Positions 57,601-64,000 of a stretch of 64,000 bases of DNA are shown here, in pieces; the stretch's first letter is position 1; every line of letters starts with the position of its first letter. Source of the stretch: Flavobacteriales bacterium (GTDB lineage: Bacteria > Bacteroidota > Bacteroidia > Flavobacteriales_F > PHOS-HE28); the NCBI GenBank assembly GCA_016788205.1, contig JAEUTA010000021.1, forward strand, positions 64,205 to 128,204, given 5' to 3'. The notes beneath the pieces are model-generated. The model worked only from the letters and a program-made list of their open reading frames with translations, was not told the DNA's origin and searched no databases. The translations under genes were made by a program, and so were the position numbers.

Positions 57601-57884
57601 TGGAGGCGTTCGTCCAGCGCGAAATCGAACTGTTGCTCCAGGTCCTTCTGGTGCGCCACGGCCGCCTGCGCCACGTAGCGCGCGATGTCCCGCCCTTCCT
57701 TGTAGAAGAACACCTCCATGTCCTTGAAGCGGTACTGCTGCCAGAGGAATTCCTGATACTGCACCCGGTTCTTGCCGTACTCCTGCTGCGACCCGGAATA
57801 GAACTGTGCGTTCACCGGAACGCACACGACGCCCAGGACCAGGGCGAGGGCGTGGCGTTGCAAATGGCGAAGGAGGGCGAGCAC
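54630..57884 (-). CDS. Outer-membrane protein with TolB-like PD40 beta-propeller repeats and a C-terminal Omp85/surface-antigen-like beta-barrel region.
   Basis: 1084 aa, signal peptide, PD40-like repeats (GRYLAWVSNELGQYKVWIY, MIFSAVRDGRTDLYYY, IIFSSDRPDD), a C-terminal beta-barrel ending ...VFHFSLSLDI. Confidence 0.45.
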   Translation of the reverse strand: MLALLRHLQRHALALVLGVVCVPVNAQFYSGSQQEYGKNRVQYQEFLWQQYRFKDMEVFFYKEGRDIARYVAQAAVAHQKDLEQQFDFALDERLQFIVYNSLTDFRQSNIGIAGVDGQQNIGGLTRIVGTKIFVYFEGDHALLDRQIRSGIAHVIIDQMMFGGNWRDMLKSSTFMSLPPWYTDGVMSYFSQPWDATLNNRIRDRVMSGRFDKFNRLEGEDAKYAGHMIWKYVADVYGPGVIPNILYMTRVSRNPESGFLFVLGVSLKTLTKECVDYNKARFGEEDRFRKDIPLEALPIRTKKTRTYSEFKQSPNGRYLAWVSNELGQYKVWIYEPGTKKLRRIVKGEKKLDRIIDRSFPVLAWHPSGQALSYAVERKGELFLRTYTLDDRKTVEKPVLMLKKILSMAYSDDGRNMIFSAVRDGRTDLYYYHVIGNRQEQLTDDQFDDLEPRFVDDGKRIIFSSDRPDDTLRTNADVALVNGTKDIFLLDLEGRSRLLTRLTNTPEANETQPAQFDSANYVFLSDGDGIRNRFLVRYDSTVSFIDTTIHYRYFTVEERKTDLRRSIVEQDINAKYGRYAQLQMRDGRYHFYTGRTAEERVAAAGGAQGADPTTRDAANPTALSNDMSPVVKVDPQFPRPKGEKAIDVRNYVFLDEASPGTGPGQNASPGRTTPVAVKTTADTTKAKPFAYPDQRNYNLNFAIDGVVTQVDNSFSNQFYQPFTGPGALNPGLSGLTRMGVSDLFEDHKIVGGFRLALDLNNNDYLLAYENLKRRLDKRISFQRQAYQGLSDFGVVKVHTHNVRYQVSWPFSELASVRASVMYRNDRYVLQSIDPLSLRAANSFDHMAGGKLEYIYDSSMPRGLNLWTGWKLKFFGEYYQQPEDKSDMQVLGMDLRHSLRIHREMIWVTRLAGSSSFGSRKVAYFLGGVDNWLFAKVDNSIPIDFTQNYFYQSMSVPMRGFFYNARNGSSFGVFNTEVRVPIFRYLVNRPIRSDVIHNFQVVGFTDVGAAWTGSDPYSEDNTFNRVVIRRNPLTITLVNKREPIVAAYGFGLRTRLLGYFVRADWAWGVDDGVVQPRVFHFSLSLDI

Positions 57885-57951
57885 AGGTTGAAGTTAGCTT
57901 TGGGCCGCCCGCATCCGAGCGCAATGGTGCGAATTTCGGGCTTTTCCGTCC

Positions 57952-58587
57952 ATGCTAAGCGTCGCCAGGTTCACCTTCAACCCGTTCCAGGAGAATACCT
58001 ATGTGATCCACGACGGCCGCGAAGCCATCGTGGTGGACCCCGGCTGCTGGAACACCGGCGAGGAACGGGAGCTGGAGGGCTTCCTGAGCGACAACGGTCT
58101 TACCCCGATCCGTCTTGTGCTCACCCACGCGCACATCGACCATATCCTCGGTTGTGCTTGGATGCACAAGCGCTACGGCCTGTCGCCGGAACTGCACCGG
58201 GAGGATCTGCGCATCCTGCACGGGGGCGAGCGCACGGCCGGCATGTACGGCATCCCCTACGACCCGGCCCCGGAACCGAAAGGGTTCCTCAGCGCGGGCG
58301 ACACGGTCCGCATCGGTACCGACGAGCTCAAGGTCCTTTTCGTACCCGGCCATGCACCCGGCCACATCGCCTTGTACCATGCACCGGGGAAATTCGTGGT
58401 GAGCGGTGATGTGCTCTTCCAGAACAGTGTGGGTCGTGTGGACCTGCCCGGGGGCGATATGGACACGCTGCTGAAGAGCATCCGCGAGCAGCTCTTCACC
58501 CTGGGTGATGAGGTGACCGTACACAGCGGCCACGGACCGGACACCACGATCGGTCGCGAGAAGCGGAGCAATCCGTTCCTGAAGTAG
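57952..58587 (+). CDS. MBL-fold metallo-hydrolase.
   Basis: LTHAHIDHILG (HxHxDH) and downstream His/Asp ligands, 211 aa. Confidence 0.8.
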   Translation: MLSVARFTFNPFQENTYVIHDGREAIVVDPGCWNTGEERELEGFLSDNGLTPIRLVLTHAHIDHILGCAWMHKRYGLSPELHREDLRILHGGERTAGMYGIPYDPAPEPKGFLSAGDTVRIGTDELKVLFVPGHAPGHIALYHAPGKFVVSGDVLFQNSVGRVDLPGGDMDTLLKSIREQLFTLGDEVTVHSGHGPDTTIGREKRSNPFLK

Positions 58588-58601
58588 CGGCCGGCCCGCG
58601 G

Positions 58602-59444
58602 CTACGGGTGGTACCCGTCCTGCTTGTAGGTCTTCATTTGCCCGTGGTGCTTGATCGGCGGTGGGCAATCGAATCCCTTGCGGGCACGCAGGAAGAGGAA
58701 CCGCACGCTGAGGATCAGCGGCCGATGGTCGCTGCTGAACCAGCGGAGGGCGCCGAAACGGCCGTCGTCTTCCGGGGCTATGCTGAACACCGGTGTCTCG
58801 ATGGCGGGGATGATCAGCATCTTGCTCGTGACCTTGAAGCCATAGCCCAGCTTGAAGTGCACCTGCCCCCAGAGGTCGGGCGGGAATGCGTGGCGGTTCA
58901 TCAGCGAGTCGCCGGTGTGCGTGTAGTCGCTGCCGAGGCGATAGTCCGCATTGAGGCCCAGTGAAAGCTGTACGAACTGGTAGCGCCAGGTGGGGATGAA
59001 CTTGTTGGCGTTGACGTGCAGGGTGAGCATGCGCTCCGCGAGATCGCCTTCGCCCACCACCTCGGCCACACTATCCGTTCGCGCATACCGTCCGGTGAAC
59101 GACTCCGCGCCGCGCAGGTTCTTGTAGGCGAGGCCCATGTCCAGGTAATCCACGATCACCGGGTCGCGGGTGTACCACGAAACACCCGCCTCCAAGTACA
59201 GGCCGAGCTTACCGCTCGGGTCATACGTGGCCGTATACGACGTATCACCGTTGCGGAAGACCTCCTCCTCACTGTCCTTGAAGCGGGACAAGGTGTAGGT
59301 GACACCCGGGGCAACGTACCACCCCAGCCTGCGGGCCTGGCCCTCGAGCGGGATGATGTCGGAACGTTTGCGTTCCATGAGGCCTTGTGCGCCCACAGGC
59401 ATGGCCCCGATGACCAGAACGAAGAAGAACGCAAGCCGCTGCAT
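58602..59444 (-). CDS. Hypothetical outer-membrane beta-barrel-like protein.
   Basis: Signal peptide (MQRLAFFFVLVIGAMPVGAQG) and an alternating beta-strand pattern. No specific motif. Confidence 0.4.
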   Translation of the reverse strand: MQRLAFFFVLVIGAMPVGAQGLMERKRSDIIPLEGQARRLGWYVAPGVTYTLSRFKDSEEEVFRNGDTSYTATYDPSGKLGLYLEAGVSWYTRDPVIVDYLDMGLAYKNLRGAESFTGRYARTDSVAEVVGEGDLAERMLTLHVNANKFIPTWRYQFVQLSLGLNADYRLGSDYTHTGDSLMNRHAFPPDLWGQVHFKLGYGFKVTSKMLIIPAIETPVFSIAPEDDGRFGALRWFSSDHRPLILSVRFLFLRARKGFDCPPPIKHHGQMKTYKQDGYHP

Positions 59445-59562
59445 CTGCACGAAAGTCGGGACCACCACAGGAAGAACGGCGGCACGGGCGCGAAAGTGTC
59501 AACGGCGAACTGTGCGATCGCTGCCACGCAGCGCGTACTTTTCACGCCGACCGAAGAGATAG

Positions 59563-60120
59563 ATGCGCGACCGGTGGAACAACACCTTCCTGGGGCGGTT
59601 GGTACGGCGCGACCCGTGGCTGGGGTGGCTCTTCATCGGCTTCGCGGTGGTGCAGTCGGCGGCGCAATCGCTCACCGCCGAGGTCACGCCCTTCTTCCTG
59701 TACGGCATGTATTCGGACAAGATCCACCCAACACCGGAATACGTTCGAGTGACCTGCAACGTGGACGGCCGACCGTTGACCCAGGCCGAGATGCCACGGT
59801 ATGCGGGCGAGTTGTTCTTCAGCACGCTCTATCGCCTCGAGGATCTGGATGCGCACCGCTACGATGACCTCTTCGAGCCCTTCATCGCGGAACGTTTCGG
59901 CGGGTTGCCGGCAGAACGACAACGCGCCTTGAGCGAGGCGCTCTCCTTCGCTCCGGAGGACACCGCGGCACTGGGGCGGTGGATGGTGCGCTACCTCGGC
60001 CGCGTGCTGGACAAGCCGGTGCAACGCGTGGTGATCGCACGGGAGAAGTACACCTACCAGGATGCCCGGCCCGTGCTGATGGATCGATCGACCCTGCTCA
60101 TCGCCCATGTTCAACGCTGA
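59563..60120 (+). CDS. Hypothetical protein with an N-terminal TM segment.
   Basis: 185-aa ORF overlapping the next gene by 14 nt. No recognisable motif. Confidence 0.35.
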   Translation: MRDRWNNTFLGRLVRRDPWLGWLFIGFAVVQSAAQSLTAEVTPFFLYGMYSDKIHPTPEYVRVTCNVDGRPLTQAEMPRYAGELFFSTLYRLEDLDAHRYDDLFEPFIAERFGGLPAERQRALSEALSFAPEDTAALGRWMVRYLGRVLDKPVQRVVIAREKYTYQDARPVLMDRSTLLIAHVQR

Positions 60121-60964
60121 GCAACGCGACACCCTTGCACGGATCGTGTTCGGCTGGATCCTGTTGGCGCTGCTGTGGCGTTGGTCGAACGGCGCCATGC
60201 TATCGCAATTGGAGGCCCCTGTTCTGGGCAACGTGTACAAGGACCTCACCTTCTGGCTCTTCCAACTCCTCGGTGTGCAGCACGCGCTCACGGCCTCCCA
60301 CCCCGCGGCCCTGCTCCTGGACGGCACGCTCACCCTATCCGCGGTGATACTGGTGGTGCGGCCTCGTAGGGTGTGGGCCGCACGTACCTACACCGTGTCG
60401 ATCCTGGTCTACTTCATCGTACAGACCACCTATGCCAACCACCACTACCGCCCCATCATCGGGCTCGTGGTGGCCGGGCTGCCTTTCATGTTCCGATCGC
60501 TGGGTCGCTTCGCTGCCCTGTTCCAAGGCCTCCGCTTCTATGTCCTCTTCATCTATACCAGTGCCGGTCTCTACAAGGTGTTCCGCGGCTCGTGGACCAA
60601 CCTGGACCAGATGACAGGGATCATCGAGAACACCCAACTGGAACTCTTCCTCGCCGCACCCGAAGGCTGGCACGCCCAGCTGTTCACCTGGTTGCTGCAG
60701 CACCAGACGGCGAGCTGGCTGCTCTTCCTGCTGGCCACCCTCATGGAGGCCATCTTCATCATCGGCTACTTCACGCGGCGTTATGATGTATGGTTGTTCA
60801 TCACTGCCATGAGCCTGCACATCGGGTTCTACTTCACCATGCGCTTCTTCGCCTTCGAGCTGATCGTGCTGGACCTGACCCTGTTGCCGTGGGAGCGCAT
60901 CCTTCCCCGCGCGCCCAGCACCATCACGGGCGTTGCCCCTGCCCAAGCACCTGCCGTGCCGTGA
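60107..60964 (+). CDS. Polytopic integral membrane protein, possibly HTTM/DoxX-like.
   Basis: 285 aa with 6 or more hydrophobic segments. It overlaps upstream and downstream genes (stop/start TGATG). Confidence 0.4.
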   Translation: MFNAEQRDTLARIVFGWILLALLWRWSNGAMLSQLEAPVLGNVYKDLTFWLFQLLGVQHALTASHPAALLLDGTLTLSAVILVVRPRRVWAARTYTVSILVYFIVQTTYANHHYRPIIGLVVAGLPFMFRSLGRFAALFQGLRFYVLFIYTSAGLYKVFRGSWTNLDQMTGIIENTQLELFLAAPEGWHAQLFTWLLQHQTASWLLFLLATLMEAIFIIGYFTRRYDVWLFITAMSLHIGFYFTMRFFAFELIVLDLTLLPWERILPRAPSTITGVAPAQAPAVP

Positions 60965-62832
60965 TGGGCCTGTGCGCCCGTACCTTGTACTGGACGATGG
61001 TGGCACCGGTACGATCTCTTGCTCCGCGCATGCTGCTCCTGCTGCTCCTCGCCGCGCCGGCCTGTTCGGTGCACGCGCAGGAGGACAGTACGGCGCTCTA
61101 CCGCAAGATCCACGACTTCTCGCAGAAGCGCAAGGTGACGCGCTGGATCTACGACGCCATCTTCGCGCAGCCGGAGCCGGACAAGGCACCACCCGCACCG
61201 AAGACACCGCCCCGCCGGGTGGTACCCGGCACACGCTATACCGGCCGGGTGGTGCGCGACGTGCGCATCACGGTAACGGACCCGTTCGGCTTCTCCGTGG
61301 ACGACACCGCGAAAGCGCCGGTGGCCTGGGTGCAGAAAGCCGGGAACAAGCTGCACCGCCGCACGCGGCACTACGTCATCCGTAATTTGTTGCTGGTGCA
61401 CGCGGGCGATACGCTGGACCCCCTGCGCATCGCCGAGTCCGAGCGTTTGCTGCGGGCCAGCCCCGTGGTGAACGATGCACGCATCACCGTACAACCGATC
61501 AAAGGGCGCAAGGACAGTGTGGATGTCCATGTGATCGTGCACGACAAGTGGAACTACGATGCGTTCGGCACCGGATCGCTCGCGGCACTTCGTGTCACCG
61601 GGCGCGACCGCAACCTGCTCGGCTGGGGGCAGCAGGTGGAACAACAGGTGTACTGGGGCCCCAGCTTCGAGCGACCCGAATACAGCGGCAACCACCAGGT
61701 CTACAACATCCAGAACACGTACATCAGCACCCGTGCGGACTATGGCCTCACCCCCACACAGGACCGTTTGAGCGCGCGGCTGGACCGGCCGTTCTTCTCG
61801 GTGCTCACGCGCAACGCCGGTGGCATCGGCTGGAACAAGACGTGGAACCGGATCGCGTTGTTGGACACCACCGGCGAACGCCTGGGCACGCAGCGGATAG
61901 ACCCGGCCAACCTGGACGCGTGGTACGGCCGCAGCTTCGCCTTCGCCAACGACGGTACCGAGCCGGGCCGCACCACCAACATCATCGCCAGCACGCGTTA
62001 CTACCAGACGCGTTACACCTACCGGCCTTCCGCGCAGGACGATAGCCTGGGCGTGTACAGCAACCTCTCCACACTGCTGTTCGGCGCGGGCTTCAGTGCA
62101 CGGCAGTACTACCGGGAACGCTTCCTGTTCCGTTACGGGGCCATGGAGGATGTGCCGGAAGGGTTGCTACTGAAACTGGTGGGCGGCCTGCGCTGGCGCG
62201 AAGGCGAGCGCTCGTTGTTGTACAGCGGCATCGAAGCCTCGCGGGGCCGCTACTACGCGGACTTCGGCTACCTCAGCATCGGTGCTGGCTACGGCACCTT
62301 CTGGCAGAACGGCGAACACACCGATGCCACGTTGCGGGCAAGCTTCCTCTACTTCAGCAACCTGCTCACCCTGGGTCGCTGGCATTTTCGCGAGTTCGTC
62401 CGCGGCACGGCGGTCATGGGGTTCGACAAGCCGGACTTCAGCCGCATCAACATCAACGGCGACCAACTCTATGGTTTCCGCAGCGACCTGTTGACCGGCA
62501 CGCACAAGGAACTGCTCACCTTCGAAACGGTGGCCTACGCGCCGTACAACATCCTGGGCTTCCGTTTCGCGCCGGTGCTGCTCTACGGCATGGGCACCAT
62601 CGGCAACGAAGGTGATCCGCTCTTCTCGGGCCGTATCTACCACGCCCTCACCTTGGGCCTGCTGGTGCGCAACGAGAACCTGCTGGTCAACACCTTCGAG
62701 GTCTCCTTCAGTTTCTTCCCCTTCGTTCCGGGCGAACCCGGCGGTGTGTTCGACTCGGGCCGCTTCACCAACTTCGCCCTGCGCGCACCGGACTTCGCCT
62801 TCACGCAACCGGACGTGGTGGGGTATTACTGA
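60964..62832 (+). CDS. Hypothetical outer-membrane protein with a POTRA-like segment (Omp85/ShlB-like candidate).
   Basis: Signal-peptide-like LLLLLLLAAPACSVHAQ; a POTRA-like stretch (YVIRNLLLVHAGDTLDPLRIAESERLLRASPVVNDARITVQPI...VDVHVIVHDKWN); a beta-rich C-terminus. The start codon choice is uncertain. Confidence 0.4.
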   Translation: MGLCARTLYWTMVAPVRSLAPRMLLLLLLAAPACSVHAQEDSTALYRKIHDFSQKRKVTRWIYDAIFAQPEPDKAPPAPKTPPRRVVPGTRYTGRVVRDVRITVTDPFGFSVDDTAKAPVAWVQKAGNKLHRRTRHYVIRNLLLVHAGDTLDPLRIAESERLLRASPVVNDARITVQPIKGRKDSVDVHVIVHDKWNYDAFGTGSLAALRVTGRDRNLLGWGQQVEQQVYWGPSFERPEYSGNHQVYNIQNTYISTRADYGLTPTQDRLSARLDRPFFSVLTRNAGGIGWNKTWNRIALLDTTGERLGTQRIDPANLDAWYGRSFAFANDGTEPGRTTNIIASTRYYQTRYTYRPSAQDDSLGVYSNLSTLLFGAGFSARQYYRERFLFRYGAMEDVPEGLLLKLVGGLRWREGERSLLYSGIEASRGRYYADFGYLSIGAGYGTFWQNGEHTDATLRASFLYFSNLLTLGRWHFREFVRGTAVMGFDKPDFSRININGDQLYGFRSDLLTGTHKELLTFETVAYAPYNILGFRFAPVLLYGMGTIGNEGDPLFSGRIYHALTLGLLVRNENLLVNTFEVSFSFFPFVPGEPGGVFDSGRFTNFALRAPDFAFTQPDVVGYY

Positions 62833-63019
62833 AGGCGTGATGGATGATCATCGCAGTCCATTTCCAGCGCTGTTCGTGTTGTTGCAGGGTCCTCTTCGAG
62901 AGACCCTGCAAAGGTCTAGGGGTATTACTGAAGGAGTGATGGATGACCATCGCAGTCCATTTGCTGCGCTGATCCTTTGTCGTTGCAGGGTCCTCTTCGA
63001 GAGCCCCTGCAAAGGTCTC
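62821..63019 (+). repeat. Tandem direct duplication of about 99 bp, two copies at roughly 85% identity. Each copy carries the last codons of the upstream gene (GGG TAT TAC TGA) plus a terminator-like hairpin.
   Basis: Copy 1 is 62821-62919 and copy 2 is 62920-63019. The hairpins are GCAGGGTC-ctcttcgaga-GACCCTGC (62884-62909) and its near-identical copy (62985-63010). Confidence 0.7.
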
Positions 63020-63057
63020 GGAACAATGCTATATTCAAGTCGCCTAAGCGAACAGCG

Positions 63058-63789
63058 ATGCCCCCCGCGAACGTGATCGTGATGTTGCTCGTCGCCCTAC
63101 CGGTGCGCCTGGCGGCTCAAAGCGAATGGCTCTTCTTCGGTGGGCCGCAGTACGATGAAGCAACTTACCGTCCGCCGAAGAACACGGATAAGCAGGACCG
63201 GACATCGGCTTACACGCTCAGCTTTGGCCAAGGCTCAGGCATGGGCTGGCACGCGGGCGCAGCGTATCGCGCGGGAAGCGAGAAGCTGAAATTCCGGGGA
63301 GGCTTGACGTTGACGATGAACGAGGTGTCCGTGGCCTACACGGAATCATCGCGCTCCAGCGGCCTTGGCGGCGGTGGTACGTGGGTGAACAAAGGCCACC
63401 TCGATGATCGCTTTGCACTTCTCGAAGCACCGCTACTGATCTCGATCAGGGCCGGCGGCAGTGTCCGCTTCGAAACGGGGTTCTCGCCGTGGTGGCTGAT
63501 GAGCGCGCACAGCCACGACAGTGGCGAACGGAACTCCAGTTGGTGGAACATGCTACCGGCATCAGGGACCTACCAAGGGACGTATGACCGAAGCGCAGAT
63601 GTCACGTCCAAGTTCGTGCCCTATGGGGTCATGTTCTCGTTGGGCTTCAGCGGCACCATCAAGAAGCACTTCCTGGTGGGCACATCCAGCACCTTCAGCT
63701 TGCCGCGCACGTACGAGAGCGATTCGAAGTACTCCGTGGGGCGCTTCATGGCGCGGCTTTCCGTGGGCTATGTGCTGGTGAAGGACTGA
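63058..63789 (+). CDS. Hypothetical outer-membrane beta-barrel protein (OMP_b-brl_2/PorT-like candidate).
   Basis: Signal peptide MPPANVIVMLLVALPVRLAAQ and an alternating beta pattern. The architecture parallels the 26692-27417 protein. Confidence 0.45.
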   Translation: MPPANVIVMLLVALPVRLAAQSEWLFFGGPQYDEATYRPPKNTDKQDRTSAYTLSFGQGSGMGWHAGAAYRAGSEKLKFRGGLTLTMNEVSVAYTESSRSSGLGGGGTWVNKGHLDDRFALLEAPLLISIRAGGSVRFETGFSPWWLMSAHSHDSGERNSSWWNMLPASGTYQGTYDRSADVTSKFVPYGVMFSLGFSGTIKKHFLVGTSSTFSLPRTYESDSKYSVGRFMARLSVGYVLVKD

Positions 63790-63807
63790 GTTTCGAGATC
63801 GACATGC

Positions 63808-64000
63808 TCAGATGGAGCGAACCAACTCCAAGGCTCGTCGCTCCACTTCATCCCCCTCCCACTTCTCCTCCACGCCCTCCATCGCCAGCACCTCCTCCAT
63901 GATGCGGTCGTGCCTTAGCCCCTCCTTCCACGCATCCTTGTATTCGATGTCGCTGAACTTCACCTGGCTATAGAGCGGCAGCCACTTGTCAGGGTGCTTC
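63808..64000 (-). CDS. Partial hypothetical protein. Only the C-terminal end is in the window; the N-terminus lies beyond the edge.
   Basis: The minus-strand frame reads ...KHPDKWLPLYSQVKFSDIEYKDAWKEGLRHDRIMEEVLAMEG...VRSI* and is open to the window edge. Confidence 0.35.
   Translation of the reverse strand, partial: KHPDKWLPLYSQVKFSDIEYKDAWKEGLRHDRIMEEVLAMEGVEEKWEGDEVERRALELVRSI

Noticed and set aside
54654-58409. A 1251-aa ORF on the + strand antisense to the PD40/Omp85-like gene and the MBL-hydrolase region.
   Set aside because: Same reasoning. The opposite strand carries a signal peptide, PD40 repeats and a beta-barrel C-terminus. The + frame reads through two real genes and an intergenic gap.
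62821-63019. The ~99-bp tandem repeat, considered as a CRISPR array.
   Set aside because: There are only two copies and they are directly adjacent, with no intervening unique spacers. The copies diverge by about 15%. They include the stop codon of the upstream gene, and there are no cas genes anywhere in the window.

Overview
This is a 64-kb high-GC (about 60-65%) chromosomal segment that looks like Bacteroidota. The T9SS/gliding genes (PorU-like, PorP/SprF-like, GldJ, PorV-like, C-terminal sorting-domain cargo) and a TAnnTTTG-type promoter motif support that placement. Genes are tightly packed and mostly housekeeping. Almost every long '+' ORF lying opposite a '-' gene (and vice versa) is an antisense shadow ORF of the kind common in high-GC DNA. 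No transposase, integrase, phage block, CRISPR array or recognisable defence island was seen.

Main blocks, in order:
- **Gliding/T9SS locus (1-7754):** a partial PorU-like C25 (gingipain-family) giant gene on the minus strand, divergent from PorP/SprF-like, gldJ and murF.
- **Housekeeping run (7816-14618):** acyl-CoA dehydrogenase, anmK, a Glu/Leu/Phe/Val dehydrogenase, exbB-exbD-tonB, folC.
- **tRNA array (14679-14963):** two tRNA-Val genes plus a 5' tRNA-Val fragment.
- **Putative light-response operon (15219-21291):** ECF sigma, crtI, crtB, idi, photolyase, two tandem 53-aa paralogous small ORFs missing from the ORF track, an SRPBCC protein and crtZ. A methyltransferase and a PduO-type cob(I)alamin adenosyltransferase follow. 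An AT-rich palindrome sits just upstream.
- **secA (23236-26622).**
- **Long minus-strand run (27478-43913):** TonB-C/MORN protein, comM/yifB, gmhA-like, dsbD with an extra stand-alone DsbD-alpha gene, tilS, pabB-like, lnt, a 1712-aa C25-like T9SS cargo protein, and a PorV/PorQ-like gene overlapping it by 4 nt.
- **Remaining genes (44026-64000):** pssA-like, purS, lptB, a DUF5686 protein, tatC, recQ, a RelE/ParE toxin-antitoxin mini-cluster, an M20 amidohydrolase, a PD40/Omp85-like outer-membrane protein, an MBL hydrolase and several outer-membrane hypotheticals.

Non-coding structure includes several Rho-independent-type hairpins, a 42-bp intergenic element present twice at 83% identity, a 26-bp-arm palindrome, and a tandem ~99-bp duplication that copies a gene's last codons plus its terminator hairpin.

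The most promising candidate for something undescribed is the ECF-sigma-led carotenoid/photolyase operon with its embedded pair of conserved small basic proteins. The PorV-like/giant C25 cargo operon is second.
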